Shown: piece by piece, positions 1 to 8,956 of the stretch
Layout: each line of letters starts with the position of its first letter
Numbering within the stretch: the stretch's first letter is position 1
Origin: Rhodospirillales bacterium
Lineage (GTDB): Bacteria; Pseudomonadota; Alphaproteobacteria; Rhodospirillales; WMHbin7
NCBI GenBank assembly: GCA_016215555.1
Contig: JACRJC010000066.1
Coordinates: 870 to 24,869, forward strand
Direction: 5' to 3'
DNA length: 24,000 nucleotides
Translations under genes and position numbers: made by a program
Notes under the pieces: model-generated
The model's database searches: none
Told to the model about the DNA's origin: nothing
Seen by the model: the letters and a program-made list of their open reading frames with translations, nothing else

Positions 1-291
1 GCCGAACCCGAAGTCGTCGCCAAGGCCCTGCATGATCTGATGACCGGAACGGTCGAGCATTTCGCCCGCGAGGAAAAGCTGATGCGGCGCACCAAATATC
101 CCGCCCTGCCAGCACATGCCGAACTGCACAGGGAATTCCTGGAACGCCTAGGCAAGCTGCATGCCGCCAGCTTCCACGGCCAGGGCCAGATGGACGCCAG
201 GGCCGAGCTTGATTTCTTTTCCGACTGGATGAGCGTGCATATCCAGAACGCCGACCGCAATTTCGTCCATTGGCTACATCCCGAAAAATGA
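1..291 (+). CDS. hemerythrin-like metal-binding protein, 5' end outside the window
   Basis: Frame 1 is open from base 1 to TGA at 289-291. The translation (...VEHFAREEKLM...HAELHREFL...WMSVHIQNADRNF) shows the spaced His/Glu/Asp pattern typical of bacteriohemerythrin domains. Confidence 0.7.
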   Translation, partial: AEPEVVAKALHDLMTGTVEHFAREEKLMRRTKYPALPAHAELHREFLERLGKLHAASFHGQGQMDARAELDFFSDWMSVHIQNADRNFVHWLHPEK

Positions 292-677
292 TTCCCGACC
301 TTGGCTTCCCCCCGCTGGACAGCGACCACCGCCATCTTCTGGAGATGCTGGAGGATTTGATCCGGGTGGCGGAGTCCAGCGCCGATGCCGATCTGCTGGA
401 AGACCAGTCGCTGGAAGTCACGGCCAGCCTGGAATCGCATTTCGCCAAGGAAGAGCGCATGCTGGAAGAGGTGCAGGATCCTTCGCGCCTTCTGCACGCC
501 GCCCTTCATGCCGACTTGCTGGAACGCATGGCCCGTCTGACCGGGGCGCAACTGACCGCCCTTGGCCCCTTGGGCGCCAAGGATGTCCTCGAAGCCGTCG
601 CCCAGGATCTGATCGCCGAAATCGCAAAATTCGACGTGCCGGCCGTTCCCGCCATTCTCAAGCTGCAGAAGAGCTAA
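288..677 (+). CDS. hemerythrin-like domain protein
   Basis: ATG at 288 overlaps the upstream stop (ATGA), so I prefer it to the 270 start in the ORF track. Motifs DSDHRHLLEML, HFAKEERMLEE and HAALHADLLE resemble a divergent hemerythrin-like cation-binding domain. The stop TAA at 675-677 overlaps the epmA ATG (TAATG). Confidence 0.6.
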   Translation: MIPDLGFPPLDSDHRHLLEMLEDLIRVAESSADADLLEDQSLEVTASLESHFAKEERMLEEVQDPSRLLHAALHADLLERMARLTGAQLTALGPLGAKDVLEAVAQDLIAEIAKFDVPAVPAILKLQKS

Positions 678-1720
678 TGGCGCTTCCGGCCTGGCACCCC
701 TTGGAATTCGAGCGCCGCCGCCCCTTCCTTGAGGCTCGGACGCGCATCGCCAGGGCCTTGCGTTCCTGGTTCGAAGAGCAGGATTTCCTGGAAGCCGACA
801 CGCCTTGCTTGCAAGTCTCGCCGGGCCTGGAGCCGCATCTGAAGGCCTTCGAAACCGAACTGGCCGAACCCTTCGCCGAGAATTCGCGACGGCTTTATCT
901 GCACACCTCGCCGGAATTCGCCATGAAGAAACTGCTGGCCGCCGGCGTGCCGCGCCTGTTCCAGCTGGCGCACTGCTTTCGCAACGAAGAACGCAGCCCG
1001 ACCCATCATCCCGAATTCACCATGCTGGAATGGTACCGGGCCGGGGCCGATCTGAACGTTTTGATGAGCGACTGCGAGGGGCTTTTGAAGGCGGCGCTGC
1101 ATGCGGCGGGCAAGGATAAGTTCGTCTGGCGAGGCAAGGCCTGCGACGCCTCGCGCCCATGGCGGCGCATGACTGTCGCCGAGGCGTTCATGGATTTCGC
1201 CGGAATCGACGTCTTGGCCTCGATCAGCGACAAGGACGAACCCGATCCTCGCCCGCTGGCCGAATCGGCACGCAAGATCGGCCTGTCCACCCAGCCCGGC
1301 GATCGCTGGGAGGATATCTTTTTTCGGCTCTTTCTGGAGAAGATCGAGCCGCATTTGGGATCGGAAGTCCCAACTTTTCTTATTGGATATCCGCTCTGCA
1401 TGGCCGCCCTGGCAAGGCCCGACCCGGCAAATGCGGAACTGGCATTGCGTTTCGAATTGTACGTATCGGGATTGGAACTCGCCAACGCCTTTGCGGAACT
1501 GACCGATTCCAACGAACAACGACGGCGTTTTGAACGCGACCAGAAACTTAAAGAACGTCTTTACGGAAAGACTTACCCCATCGACGAGGATTTCCTGTCA
1601 GCACTTCCCCATATGCCTGAATGCTCGGGCATCGCTCTTGGCTTCGACCGTCTTGTTATGTTGGCCGTGCATGCCGACACCATCGACGATGTCATTTGGC
1701 TTCCAGTTATAAGACCTTAG
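677..1720 (+). CDS. epmA: elongation factor P--(R)-beta-lysine ligase (EpmA/GenX/PoxA, class II lysyl-tRNA synthetase paralogue)
   Basis: 347 aa. YLHTSPEFAMKKLLAAGVPRLFQLAHCFRNEERSPTHHPEFTMLEWY closely matches the class II aaRS motif 1/2 region of E. coli EpmA as I recall it. The C-terminal GIALGFDRLVML is motif 3. Confidence 0.9.
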   Translation: MALPAWHPLEFERRRPFLEARTRIARALRSWFEEQDFLEADTPCLQVSPGLEPHLKAFETELAEPFAENSRRLYLHTSPEFAMKKLLAAGVPRLFQLAHCFRNEERSPTHHPEFTMLEWYRAGADLNVLMSDCEGLLKAALHAAGKDKFVWRGKACDASRPWRRMTVAEAFMDFAGIDVLASISDKDEPDPRPLAESARKIGLSTQPGDRWEDIFFRLFLEKIEPHLGSEVPTFLIGYPLCMAALARPDPANAELALRFELYVSGLELANAFAELTDSNEQRRRFERDQKLKERLYGKTYPIDEDFLSALPHMPECSGIALGFDRLVMLAVHADTIDDVIWLPVIRP

Positions 1721-1814
1721 CGCCAAAGCTTGCAAAAGCGCACGCAGTTTCCTAAAGAGAGGGCTGCTGCGGGGGCGGCCTTAATCAACCATAAAAATTT
1801 GCGGGTTATTTTCC

Positions 1815-2939
1815 ATGAGCGCCAGCGCAATCTCAAAGGTCTCCTTGCCGCCGGTCGATATCACGCCGGAAACGCGCAATGCCATCGTCGATGGCTTGAA
1901 GCAGGTGCTGGCCGCCTTTCAATCCGCCAAGAAGATCAAGGCCGAGATTACGTATCAGGCGCTGATCGAGAAGCCGGAAGCGCTTTACCAGTTCATCCAG
2001 CTTTTCCGCGCCAATCGCGAACTGGCCGACGGCGTGGTCAAGGGCAAGAACGGCCAGCCGGTGCGCGACGACGAGACGGAACTGGTCTGCGGCGTCTCGC
2101 TGGCCCAAGTCCAGCGCCTGCTGATCCTGACCTCCGCCAAGCGGCATTTCGGCGTTTCGGCCCCGGCCGCCAAGCCCGCCGAGGACAAGAAAGGCGGTCT
2201 GGGATCGCTGTTTCGCAAAGCGGAGGTCAAGCCAGACGCCTCCAGCCGCAGCAATGAGGAACGCAAGCTGGCCGAACTGGCCAAATTCCTGGCCTATGAT
2301 TGGCAGATCCCCCTGCTGCAGGTTTATAAGGACGCGCTTACCTATCAGCATGTGCTGGAACTGGGCAGCGATCTCACGCTTTTGAAGGACGCCCAGGCCA
2401 TCGCCCAGGCCGGTCGGCTGGAGCCCGCGCATATCCGCAAGGCGCGTCAGGTCGCCGGCGGCGAATTCGTGCAACTTTTATCCGAAAATCCCAAGGCGGT
2501 CGAAGGCGTCATCTACTGGAACGCCGACATGTACAAATTCTTCCGCTCGGTCCTGGGCGACAAATGCTGGCATTTCTTCGGTCGCGACCATCATTTCTTC
2601 AACGCCCTGTCATCCTTCGAAAAGGCCAAAATCAGGCTGTTCGGCGACACGTTGGCTTATATAGCGCCGGAATGCCTGATCGAGTTCGACCGCCTCAATC
2701 TGGACAAGACCAGCGCCCTGATGGAGGCCTTCCGCGCCAATTTCGGCGACGGTCTGGAAGAGGCCTTGTCGAGCAAGGGGTTCGCCTTCGACATCCTGCA
2801 CCGGCTGGTCGAAAGCTTCGTGCATCTGAAGAAGGATGCCGAACAGTTGAAAACATATGCCGATCTGACTTGCAAGGCCCTGCTGCCCACCTATCAGGTC
2901 TGGTTGGCCAAGACGAAAGCTACTCAAGCGCCGACCTGA
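1815..2939 (+). CDS. hypothetical protein (374 aa, no recognisable motif)
   Basis: Long ORF with balanced, protein-like composition. The antisense ORFs over it (1833-2474, 1985-2284) are R/G/L-rich shadow ORFs. Its 3' end overlaps the convergent thiE 3' end by 20 bp. Confidence 0.7.
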   Translation: MSASAISKVSLPPVDITPETRNAIVDGLKQVLAAFQSAKKIKAEITYQALIEKPEALYQFIQLFRANRELADGVVKGKNGQPVRDDETELVCGVSLAQVQRLLILTSAKRHFGVSAPAAKPAEDKKGGLGSLFRKAEVKPDASSRSNEERKLAELAKFLAYDWQIPLLQVYKDALTYQHVLELGSDLTLLKDAQAIAQAGRLEPAHIRKARQVAGGEFVQLLSENPKAVEGVIYWNADMYKFFRSVLGDKCWHFFGRDHHFFNALSSFEKAKIRLFGDTLAYIAPECLIEFDRLNLDKTSALMEAFRANFGDGLEEALSSKGFAFDILHRLVESFVHLKKDAEQLKTYADLTCKALLPTYQVWLAKTKATQAPT

Positions 2940-3561
2940 TCGCCCGATTCATGGCGGCGACGCCGGCCCTGGCGCCGCCAGCATGCTCCCACACGCATGA
3001 CGACACGGCCAGGAAATCGGCCCCGGCCCGCACCAGGGGGGCGGCGTTTTCGGGCGTAATGCCGCCGATGGCGACGCAAGGCACCACCGTCAGCTCGCGC
3101 CACCATTCCAGAATCTCGGGCTGGGCGCTGGTCTTGGCCTCTTTGGTCTTGGTCGGATGGAAAGCGCCGAAGGCCACGTAATCGGCCCCGGCGTCGCCGG
3201 CTTCCATCGCCAGATGCCTTGAATCGTGACAGGTGACGCCGACGATGGATTTGGGCCCCAGTATGCGGCGAGCCTCGGCATAGGAAGCGTCTTCCTGCCC
3301 CACATGCACGCCGTCGGCGCCGCATTCCTTGGCAATATCCGGACGGTCGTTGAGCAGAAAAGCGACGCCCCCGGCCTGAGCCAGGGGGCCAAGCAGGCGC
3401 GCCGCCTTCAAGACAGCGGCATCCTCGACGCCCTTCAGGCGCAACTGAAGCACGGCGACATCGCCGCCCGCCAGCGCTTCTTTAAGAATTCCGGCGAAGG
3501 CCTGCGGGTCGTCGATTTCCGGCGGCGTGATCAGATACAGGCGGCAAGCCGTTTTGGTCAT
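2920..3561 (-). CDS. thiE: thiamine-phosphate synthase
   Basis: 213 aa. LYLITPP..., [32 protein letters not shown] and VAIGGIT follow the ThiE TIM-barrel motif order. Confidence 0.9.
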   Translation of the reverse strand: MTKTACRLYLITPPEIDDPQAFAGILKEALAGGDVAVLQLRLKGVEDAAVLKAARLLGPLAQAGGVAFLLNDRPDIAKECGADGVHVGQEDASYAEARRILGPKSIVGVTCHDSRHLAMEAGDAGADYVAFGAFHPTKTKEAKTSAQPEILEWWRELTVVPCVAIGGITPENAAPLVRAGADFLAVSSCVWEHAGGARAGVAAMNRAIRSALE

Positions 3562-3917
3562 CTTGTTTTCTTCCTTTTCAATTCCAGTCTGGCGCCCAGG
3601 CCGCCGGCGACGGCCTTCAGCTTGTTTCTGGCCGGACTTGCCGCATCGACACGGACGATTTCCGCCCCCTGGGCCAGGGCGTCCAGGGCCAGGGCGGCGG
3701 CGTTCCCGGCATCGATCAGCGCTTGCGCGGGAACATCCGGCACTTGCCGGCGGGCCTGGCGGACCAGCGACAGGAACCAGGCCGATCCTTGCACTTCGAC
3801 AAGCCGGGGCGGACTTTCCAGAATGACCGCACAGCCCAAACTTTCGGCCCGCTTCAAAGCCGAAACCGCTTGCGCCAGACTGGCGATTGAAACGCGCATT
3901 TGAGTCGCTTTGGTCAT
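3558..3917 (-). CDS. hypothetical protein (119 aa) translationally coupled to thiE
   Basis: Its stop overlaps the thiE ATG (ATGA at 3558-3561). Composition is plausible, whereas the plus-strand ORFs over it are Arg/Pro-rich shadows. I recognise no family. Confidence 0.5.
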   Translation of the reverse strand: MTKATQMRVSIASLAQAVSALKRAESLGCAVILESPPRLVEVQGSAWFLSLVRQARRQVPDVPAQALIDAGNAAALALDALAQGAEIVRVDAASPARNKLKAVAGGLGARLELKRKKTR

Positions 3918-3982
3918 AACCTACTTGAAATCCACATGATTGAGGCTCAGGCTACCTCAATCTAGCCCGAGGGAGTAGTCCG

Positions 3983-4993
3983 TTGAAGCCCCGTCTGCGT
4001 TTGATTCTATCCATCCTGGCCGTGATTCTGGCCGTCTTGTCCTTTTGGTTCTGGCTGAAAGCTCCCGACATCGAGGTTGTCGCGGTCGCCAGGGGGCAGG
4101 CCGTCGAGGCGGTTTACGCCACCGGCACGGTCGAGCCTTTGCGCTGGGCCAGGATATCGCCCACCGTCACCGCCCGTTTGGTGGAAATTCTGGTCCAGGA
4201 AGGCGACGTGGTGAAAGAAGGCCAGCACCTGGCCCGTTTGGATGACGGCGAGGCCAAGGCCCGGCTGGGCGAATTGACGGCCAAGGAAACCTATCTCAAG
4301 CAGGATCTGGAGCGCGTCGCCAAACTTGAGAAAAGCGAATTCGCCAGCCGACAGTCGGGCGAGAAGGCGCGCAGCGAATTGGGCCAGGCCGCCAATGCCC
4401 GCATTGCCCAGCAAAAGCGCCTGAGCGAATATATGCTGGCCTCGCCGGTGTCGGGCACGGTGCTGAGGCGCGACGGCGAGCCCGGCGAAGTGATGCAGCC
4501 GGGAGGCGTGATGTTCTGGGTCGGCGAACCGCTGCCCTTGCGCGTCACCGCCGAAATCGACGAGGAAGACATCGTGCGCCTGAAACCCGGCCTGAAGGCG
4601 CTGTTGAAGGCTGATGCCTTTCCGGGCCAGGCGCTGGAATCCAGCGTCGCCGAAATCACGCCTAAGGGCGACCCCGTCAACAAGACCTATCGCGTCCGCC
4701 TGGCCCTGCCCGACGACACCCGACTGCTGGTCGGCATGACGGTCGAGGTCAATGTCATCCTGCGCGAAATCGAAAACGCGCTGCTGGTTCCCGCCGAGGC
4801 CCTGGAAAACGGCCATCTGTGGGTGGTCAAGGAGGGCCGCGCCGAAAAGCGCAAGGTGAGCCTGGGCGCGCAAGGCGTCGCCGAAATCGAAATCCAAGAC
4901 GGCGTCGCCGAGGGCGAATTGGTGATTTTGCATCCCGGCAAGTCGCTAAAGGAAGGCATGCGGCTGTCGCCAAACGTGGGACGGCGTCCGTGA
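3983..4993 (+). CDS. efflux transporter periplasmic adaptor subunit (HlyD/MFP family)
   Basis: N-terminal membrane anchor (LILSILAVILAVLSFWFWL), a lipoyl-like hairpin motif (VKEGQHLARLD), a coiled-coil segment, and a beta-barrel region (SPVSGTVL...GEVMQPG). TTG start as in the ORF track. Confidence 0.85.
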   Translation: MKPRLRLILSILAVILAVLSFWFWLKAPDIEVVAVARGQAVEAVYATGTVEPLRWARISPTVTARLVEILVQEGDVVKEGQHLARLDDGEAKARLGELTAKETYLKQDLERVAKLEKSEFASRQSGEKARSELGQAANARIAQQKRLSEYMLASPVSGTVLRRDGEPGEVMQPGGVMFWVGEPLPLRVTAEIDEEDIVRLKPGLKALLKADAFPGQALESSVAEITPKGDPVNKTYRVRLALPDDTRLLVGMTVEVNVILREIENALLVPAEALENGHLWVVKEGRAEKRKVSLGAQGVAEIEIQDGVAEGELVILHPGKSLKEGMRLSPNVGRRP

Positions 4994-6237
4994 AACTGCT
5001 GCTCGGCATCGCGCTCGGCCATCTTCTGGCCCGCAAGCGACAGACGCTGGTGTCGATGATGGGCGTGGCCATGGGGGTGGGCTTCACCATCGCCATGTCG
5101 TCCTTGATGGAAGGCTCGCAGCAGGACTTCATCTCGCGCATCGTCGACAATATGCCTCACGTCACCTTGAAGGACGAATTTCGCGACAACCCGGCCCAGC
5201 CGGTCGATATCGTCTTTCCCAAGGGGGCCGTCGAGCTGAAAGGCGTCAAGCCCAAGGATGAAATCCGCGGCATCAAGGCGCCCTGGAACAAGGTGGCGTC
5301 GCTGGAAGCCCTGCCCGGTCTTCGCGTCGCCCCCACCCTCTCGGCCCAGATATTCTTAAGCTTCAGCGGCAAGGACGTGGCCGTCACCCTCTACGGCATC
5401 GACATCGAGCGCGAGCGCCAGGCCTCACACATCGAAGAGGACATCGTCACCGAAGGCGGCCTTACCCTGCTGGAAGGAACCGCCAACGGCATCATCATCG
5501 GCAAGGGACTGGCCACCAAGCTGGGCGTGCAACTGCACGACACCCTGACCGCCACCTCGGCCGCCGGCGTGGTCTTGAAGATGAAGGTGGTGGGCCTGTT
5601 TCATACCGGCATCATCTCGACCGACAACAATCTAGGCTACGCCCTGCTCAAGAAGGCGCAGGTCTTGGCCAACCGTCCCAATGTCGTCAACCACGTGCGC
5701 ATCAAGATGGACGATCCCATGCAGGCCATGGAGATGGCCGAGCAGTTGGAAAGGCGCTGGGGCTACAAGGCGGAATCCTGGCAGGAAACCAACGAAGGCC
5801 TATTGGGCGCTTTCGTCATCCGCAACACGGTGATGTATATCACCGTCTCGGCCATCCTGATCGTCGCCAGTTTCGGCATTTTCAACGTCGTCTCGACGGT
5901 GGTCTACGAGAAAACGCGCGACATCGCCATCCTGCGCTCGATGGGATTCGAACCCGCCGACATCCGGGGCATCTTCCTGCTGGAAGGCTTCCTGGTCGGC
6001 CTGCTGGGGGCGCTTCTAGGCTGGGCCCTCGGCTTCAGCCTATGCCAAATCCTTGGCATGGTGCGCTTCAACATCAAAATGATGACCGAGGTGCAGGGTT
6101 TCCTCCTGCAATCGACCTGGATTCACTACACGATGTCGGGCGGCGTGGCCGCCCTGTCGGCGACGCTGGCGGCTTGGCTGCCGGCCCGCAAGGCCTCGCG
6201 CTTGAAGCCGGTCGATATCATCCGGGGCGCCGCATGA
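4990..6237 (+). CDS. ABC transporter permease, FtsX/LolC/MacB-type
   Basis: An in-frame GTG at 4990 overlaps the adaptor stop (GTGA), so the 4819 start in the ORF track is probably an artefactual extension. N-terminal TM helix, large periplasmic domain, and a C-terminal FtsX-like 3-TM bundle ([27 protein letters not shown]). Confidence 0.85.
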   Translation: MKLLLGIALGHLLARKRQTLVSMMGVAMGVGFTIAMSSLMEGSQQDFISRIVDNMPHVTLKDEFRDNPAQPVDIVFPKGAVELKGVKPKDEIRGIKAPWNKVASLEALPGLRVAPTLSAQIFLSFSGKDVAVTLYGIDIERERQASHIEEDIVTEGGLTLLEGTANGIIIGKGLATKLGVQLHDTLTATSAAGVVLKMKVVGLFHTGIISTDNNLGYALLKKAQVLANRPNVVNHVRIKMDDPMQAMEMAEQLERRWGYKAESWQETNEGLLGAFVIRNTVMYITVSAILIVASFGIFNVVSTVVYEKTRDIAILRSMGFEPADIRGIFLLEGFLVGLLGALLGWALGFSLCQILGMVRFNIKMMTEVQGFLLQSTWIHYTMSGGVAALSATLAAWLPARKASRLKPVDIIRGAA

Positions 6238-6908
6238 CCGCGCCCGTCATCGAAGCGCGCAAGCTGAAACGCATCCTGCCCGGACTTATTCCCGTCACCC
6301 TGGTCGATGGCGTCGATTTCCAGGCCCGCTCCGGCGAGATGGTGGCCATCACCGGGGCCTCGGGCTCGGGCAAATCGTCGCTTTTGTATCTGCTGGGCCT
6401 GCTCGACGAACCGACGGAAGGCTCGGTCGCCATCGACGGCCAGGATTGCGTCCATCTGAGCGACGCCGAACGCACGCATCTGCGCCTGGAACGTCTGGGC
6501 TTCGTCTTCCAGTTCCATTTCCTGCTGCCGGAATTTTCGGTGCTGGACAATGTCTGCATGCCGATGAAGAAGCTGGACGCGCTGTCCACCGACGAGCAGG
6601 AGGACCGGGGCCGCCATCTGCTGAAGGAATTGGGCCTGGAGGGCTATGAGAAGAAGCTGCCCGAACAGCTATCGGGCGGCGAGCGCCAGCGCGTGGCCGT
6701 GGCCCGGGCGCTGGCCAACGGCCCCAGAATCCTTCTCGCCGACGAACCCACCGGCAATCTCGACAGCAAGAACAGCCATGCCGTCTTCGATATTTTCCGC
6801 GGCCTGGTGCAAGACGAGGGCAAGACCATCATCACCGTCACCCACGACCAGGGCCTGGCCAAAAGCTGCGACCGCCAGGTCCATATGGCCGATGGGCGGG
6901 TGATGTAA
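6234..6908 (+). CDS. ABC transporter ATP-binding protein (LolD/MacB ATPase-like)
   Basis: ATG at 6234 overlaps the permease stop (ATGA). Walker [10 protein letters not shown], signature [15 protein letters not shown], Walker [14 protein letters not shown]-loop VTHD. Confidence 0.92.
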   Translation: MTAPVIEARKLKRILPGLIPVTLVDGVDFQARSGEMVAITGASGSGKSSLLYLLGLLDEPTEGSVAIDGQDCVHLSDAERTHLRLERLGFVFQFHFLLPEFSVLDNVCMPMKKLDALSTDEQEDRGRHLLKELGLEGYEKKLPEQLSGGERQRVAVARALANGPRILLADEPTGNLDSKNSHAVFDIFRGLVQDEGKTIITVTHDQGLAKSCDRQVHMADGRVM

Positions 6909-6924
6909 GCGACGCCGACACGCC

Positions 6925-6953
6925 TTGTATATCCATCGGATATCCGCTATACT
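6925..6953 (+). promoter_or_regulatory. sigma70-like promoter with embedded palindromic operator upstream of the mazE-like gene
   Basis: TTGTAT (6925-6930), a 17-nt spacer, then TATACT (6948-6953). The spacer holds the inverted repeat ATATCC-atc-GGATAT (6929-6943), which overlaps the self-palindrome GGATATCC (6938-6945). AGGAGG at 6966-6971 lies 8 nt before the ATG at 6980. Confidence 0.6.
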
Positions 6954-6979
6954 CCTCTTCGGATCAGGAGGCCCTTCGC

Positions 6980-7225
6980 ATGCAGGCGCAATTGGCAAAA
7001 TGGGGAAATAGTTTGGGCGTGCGAATCCCCAGGGACATCGCCCGCAGGGCTGGTCTGACGCCTGGAACTGCCGTGGAAATCGAGGCGGAAGGCCGCAGGA
7101 TCGTCATTACCCCCAGCCTGAAACAAGTTTTCGCCTTATCCGACCTTCTTGCAGGCATGACGCCCGAGGCCATGCATGACGCTTTTGATTGGGGACCGGA
7201 TCAGGGCAGAGAAAACGTCGAATGA
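6980..7225 (+). CDS. mazE: type II antitoxin, AbrB/MazE/SpoVT family
   Basis: 81 aa. AKWGNSLGVRIPRDIARRAGLTPGTAVEIE is the swapped-hairpin AbrB/MazE DNA-binding fold signature. It overlaps the toxin gene (ATGA). Confidence 0.85.
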   Translation: MQAQLAKWGNSLGVRIPRDIARRAGLTPGTAVEIEAEGRRIVITPSLKQVFALSDLLAGMTPEAMHDAFDWGPDQGRENVE

Positions 7226-7578
7226 AGCCATACGAGCCTGAGGCGGGCGACATCGTCTGGACTGATTTCTATCCCCGCACGGGTCGGGAGCAAGGGGGAC
7301 GCCGACCGGCCCTGGTTTTGTCGCCGAAAGCCTTCTGGACCGCCTCGCATTTCGTCATCGTCTGCCCGATTGCTTCCCGCATACGGCCCTTTGCTTCAAG
7401 CGTCGTTCTTCCCCCTGGGCTTTCCATTTCCGGCGAAATTCTAACCAGTCACGTCCGCAGCCTCGATACCGAAGCAAGGCCCATTTCATTCGCAGGCGCC
7501 AAACTGCCCCAGGACTTGCTGAACGAGGTTCGCGGCAAGCTGGCAACCTTGATCGGATTGCCTTTCCTCCAGGATTGA
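7222..7578 (+). CDS. mazF: type II toxin, PemK/MazF family endoribonuclease
   Basis: ATG at 7222 overlaps the antitoxin stop. PEAGDIVWTDF.P..GREQGGRRPALVLSP...VIVCPI.S is the canonical MazF/PemK N-terminal pattern. 118 aa. Confidence 0.85.
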   Translation: MKPYEPEAGDIVWTDFYPRTGREQGGRRPALVLSPKAFWTASHFVIVCPIASRIRPFASSVVLPPGLSISGEILTSHVRSLDTEARPISFAGAKLPQDLLNEVRGKLATLIGLPFLQD

Positions 7579-7636
7579 CGCAAGGCAAGCCCCGGCCTAT
7601 TCTCGCCGCGCCGATTTCCCGAAGAAAGACGGGCTC

Positions 7637-7867
7637 TTGAACGCCAACGCCGCCAGCAAAGCGCCGCCCAAATGCAATCAGGCCATCACCCGCCTGGAGC
7701 GCGCCATTGCCCGTCTGGAACGCGCGGCCCTTGACGGCGTCGCCAAATCCGATCCCAGATCCCAGCGCCTGGAGGCCGAACTGGCCCAGATGCGTTCGCT
7801 AACCCAATCGGTGGGCGAGCGGCTGGATCACGCCATCGGGCGCATCCGCGTCGCTCTGGACGGCTAG
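7637..7867 (+). CDS. small coiled-coil protein, DUF4164/ZauP-like (ZapA partner)
   Basis: 76 aa with heptad-like repeats (ITRLERAIARLERA). It sits immediately upstream of zapA (5-bp gap), as described for zauP-zapA in Caulobacter. The TTG start is uncertain. Confidence 0.5.
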   Translation: MNANAASKAPPKCNQAITRLERAIARLERAALDGVAKSDPRSQRLEAELAQMRSLTQSVGERLDHAIGRIRVALDG

Positions 7868-7872
7868 CGCCC

Positions 7873-8193
7873 ATGGGACAGATCACCGTCACCGTCAATC
7901 AGCGCCCCTACGTCATCGCCTGCGACGACGGCCAGGAAGCGCATCTGACCCGCCTGGCCCGCTATGTCGATGACCGCATCAACCAGTTGGTGGCGGCGGT
8001 CGGCCAAGCCGGCGAGGCGCGCTTGCTGCTGATGGTCAGCCTGCTGCTGGCCGATGAATTGTCGGAAGCCTATGAACAGGCCAAGCGCCTGGGCGCCGGC
8101 ATGGAGCCCAGTTCCGACGAAATGGTGGCCCGATTGCTGGACAAACTGGCGGGACGCATCGAAACCATTGCCGAACGCCTGGAACAGGCATAG
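7873..8193 (+). CDS. zapA: cell division protein ZapA
   Basis: 106 aa. ITVTVNQRPYVIACDDGQEAHLTRLARYVDDRI...LLLMVSLLLADEL matches the ZapA family pattern. Confidence 0.9.
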   Translation: MGQITVTVNQRPYVIACDDGQEAHLTRLARYVDDRINQLVAAVGQAGEARLLLMVSLLLADELSEAYEQAKRLGAGMEPSSDEMVARLLDKLAGRIETIAERLEQA

Positions 8194-8197
8194 AGTC

Positions 8198-8372
8198 AGC
8201 GATGGACGGTGGCTGCACGACCCGTCAGGCTGGATCGTCCCTGGGGCCAATACAAAACCTCTTGGGAGCTGTCCCTACCAGGGCCGTGGCTCTGGCATAT
8301 GGCGCCCACCTGCACTTGCAGGCCACAGAGGTGACGCTGAGCCAACGATCGCGGCGGCGCCGTCCACCCTTT
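8198..8372 (+). ncRNA. ssrS: candidate 6S RNA (SsrS); ends approximate
   Basis: A gap of about 195 bp with no credible ORF lies between zapA and the 5-formyl-THF cyclo-ligase gene, which is the conserved ssrS position (zapA-ssrS-ygfA in E. coli). The ends are complementary: TGGACGG at 8203-8209 pairs with CCGTCCA at 8360-8366, with further imperfect pairing outward. GTCCCTGGGGCCAATACAAAACC (8237 onward) and CGCGGCGGCGCCGTC resemble, from memory, the E. coli 6S segments GUCCCCUGAGCCGAUAUUUCAUACC and CUGCGGCGGCAUCUC. An inner stem pairs CCCTGG at 8239-8244 with CCAGGG at 8278-8283. Confidence 0.6.
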
Positions 8373-8389
8373 TCCCGCCGCAGCTTCCC

Positions 8390-8956
8390 GTGACCGCCGA
8401 GAAAGGCGATCTGCGCCGCCAGTTGCGCCAGACGCGTAAAGCGCTGCAACCTGTGTGGGGCGGGCGGGCCGGGATGCGTTTGATGGGCCAGGCCCTGCCG
8501 CATTTGACAGTGCAAGACGGCGCCGTCGTCGCCGGCTATTGGCCCATCGGCTCGGAAATGGACCCCAGGCCGCTGATGATGGCCCTGCAAGACAAGGGGG
8601 CGCGTCTGGCCTTGCCGGTGGTGACGGCAGTCGGCGAGGCGATGGTCTTCCGCGCTTTCGACTTCACCGACCAACTGGCCCCCGGACTGATGGGAACGCC
8701 CGAACCCGCCACCGGCAAGCCGTTTCTGACCCCCGATATTCTGCTGGTGCCGCTGCTGGGCTTCGACCGCCAGGGACTGCGCCTTGGCCAGGGCGGCGGC
8801 TTTTACGACCGCACGCTTGAATCTTTGCGGGCCAGGCACAAAGTCACCGCCATCGGCATCGCCTTCGCCGCCCAGGAAGTATCCACGCTGCCTTTCCTGG
8901 CCCATGACCAGAAACTCGACGCCATCGTCACCGAACAAGGCTACATCCAGATATGA
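8390..8956 (+). CDS. 5-formyltetrahydrofolate cyclo-ligase
   Basis: An in-frame GTG at 8390 gives 188 aa. The 8054 start in the ORF track would run through zapA and the ncRNA gap. LVPLLGFDRQGLRLGQGGGFYDRTL is the family signature. Confidence 0.88.
   Translation: MTAEKGDLRRQLRQTRKALQPVWGGRAGMRLMGQALPHLTVQDGAVVAGYWPIGSEMDPRPLMMALQDKGARLALPVVTAVGEAMVFRAFDFTDQLAPGLMGTPEPATGKPFLTPDILLVPLLGFDRQGLRLGQGGGFYDRTLESLRARHKVTAIGIAFAAQEVSTLPFLAHDQKLDAIVTEQGYIQI

Noticed and set aside
3918-3982. A possible TPP riboswitch upstream of the thiE operon.
   Set aside because: The gap is only 65 bp. It holds a simple TTGAGG...CCTCAA hairpin and lacks the THI-box elements and the length of about 100 nt that a TPP riboswitch needs.
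4819-4989. Upstream extensions of the ABC permease (4819). Similar extensions affect the ATPase (6042), mazF (7189), 5-FCL (8054), the GT4 gene (14284) and cyaY (13094).
   Set aside because: In each case an internal start codon forms a 4-bp overlap with the preceding stop or has a proper Shine-Dalgarno sequence. The extension overlaps the previous gene in another frame and translates to Arg/Pro-rich sequence.
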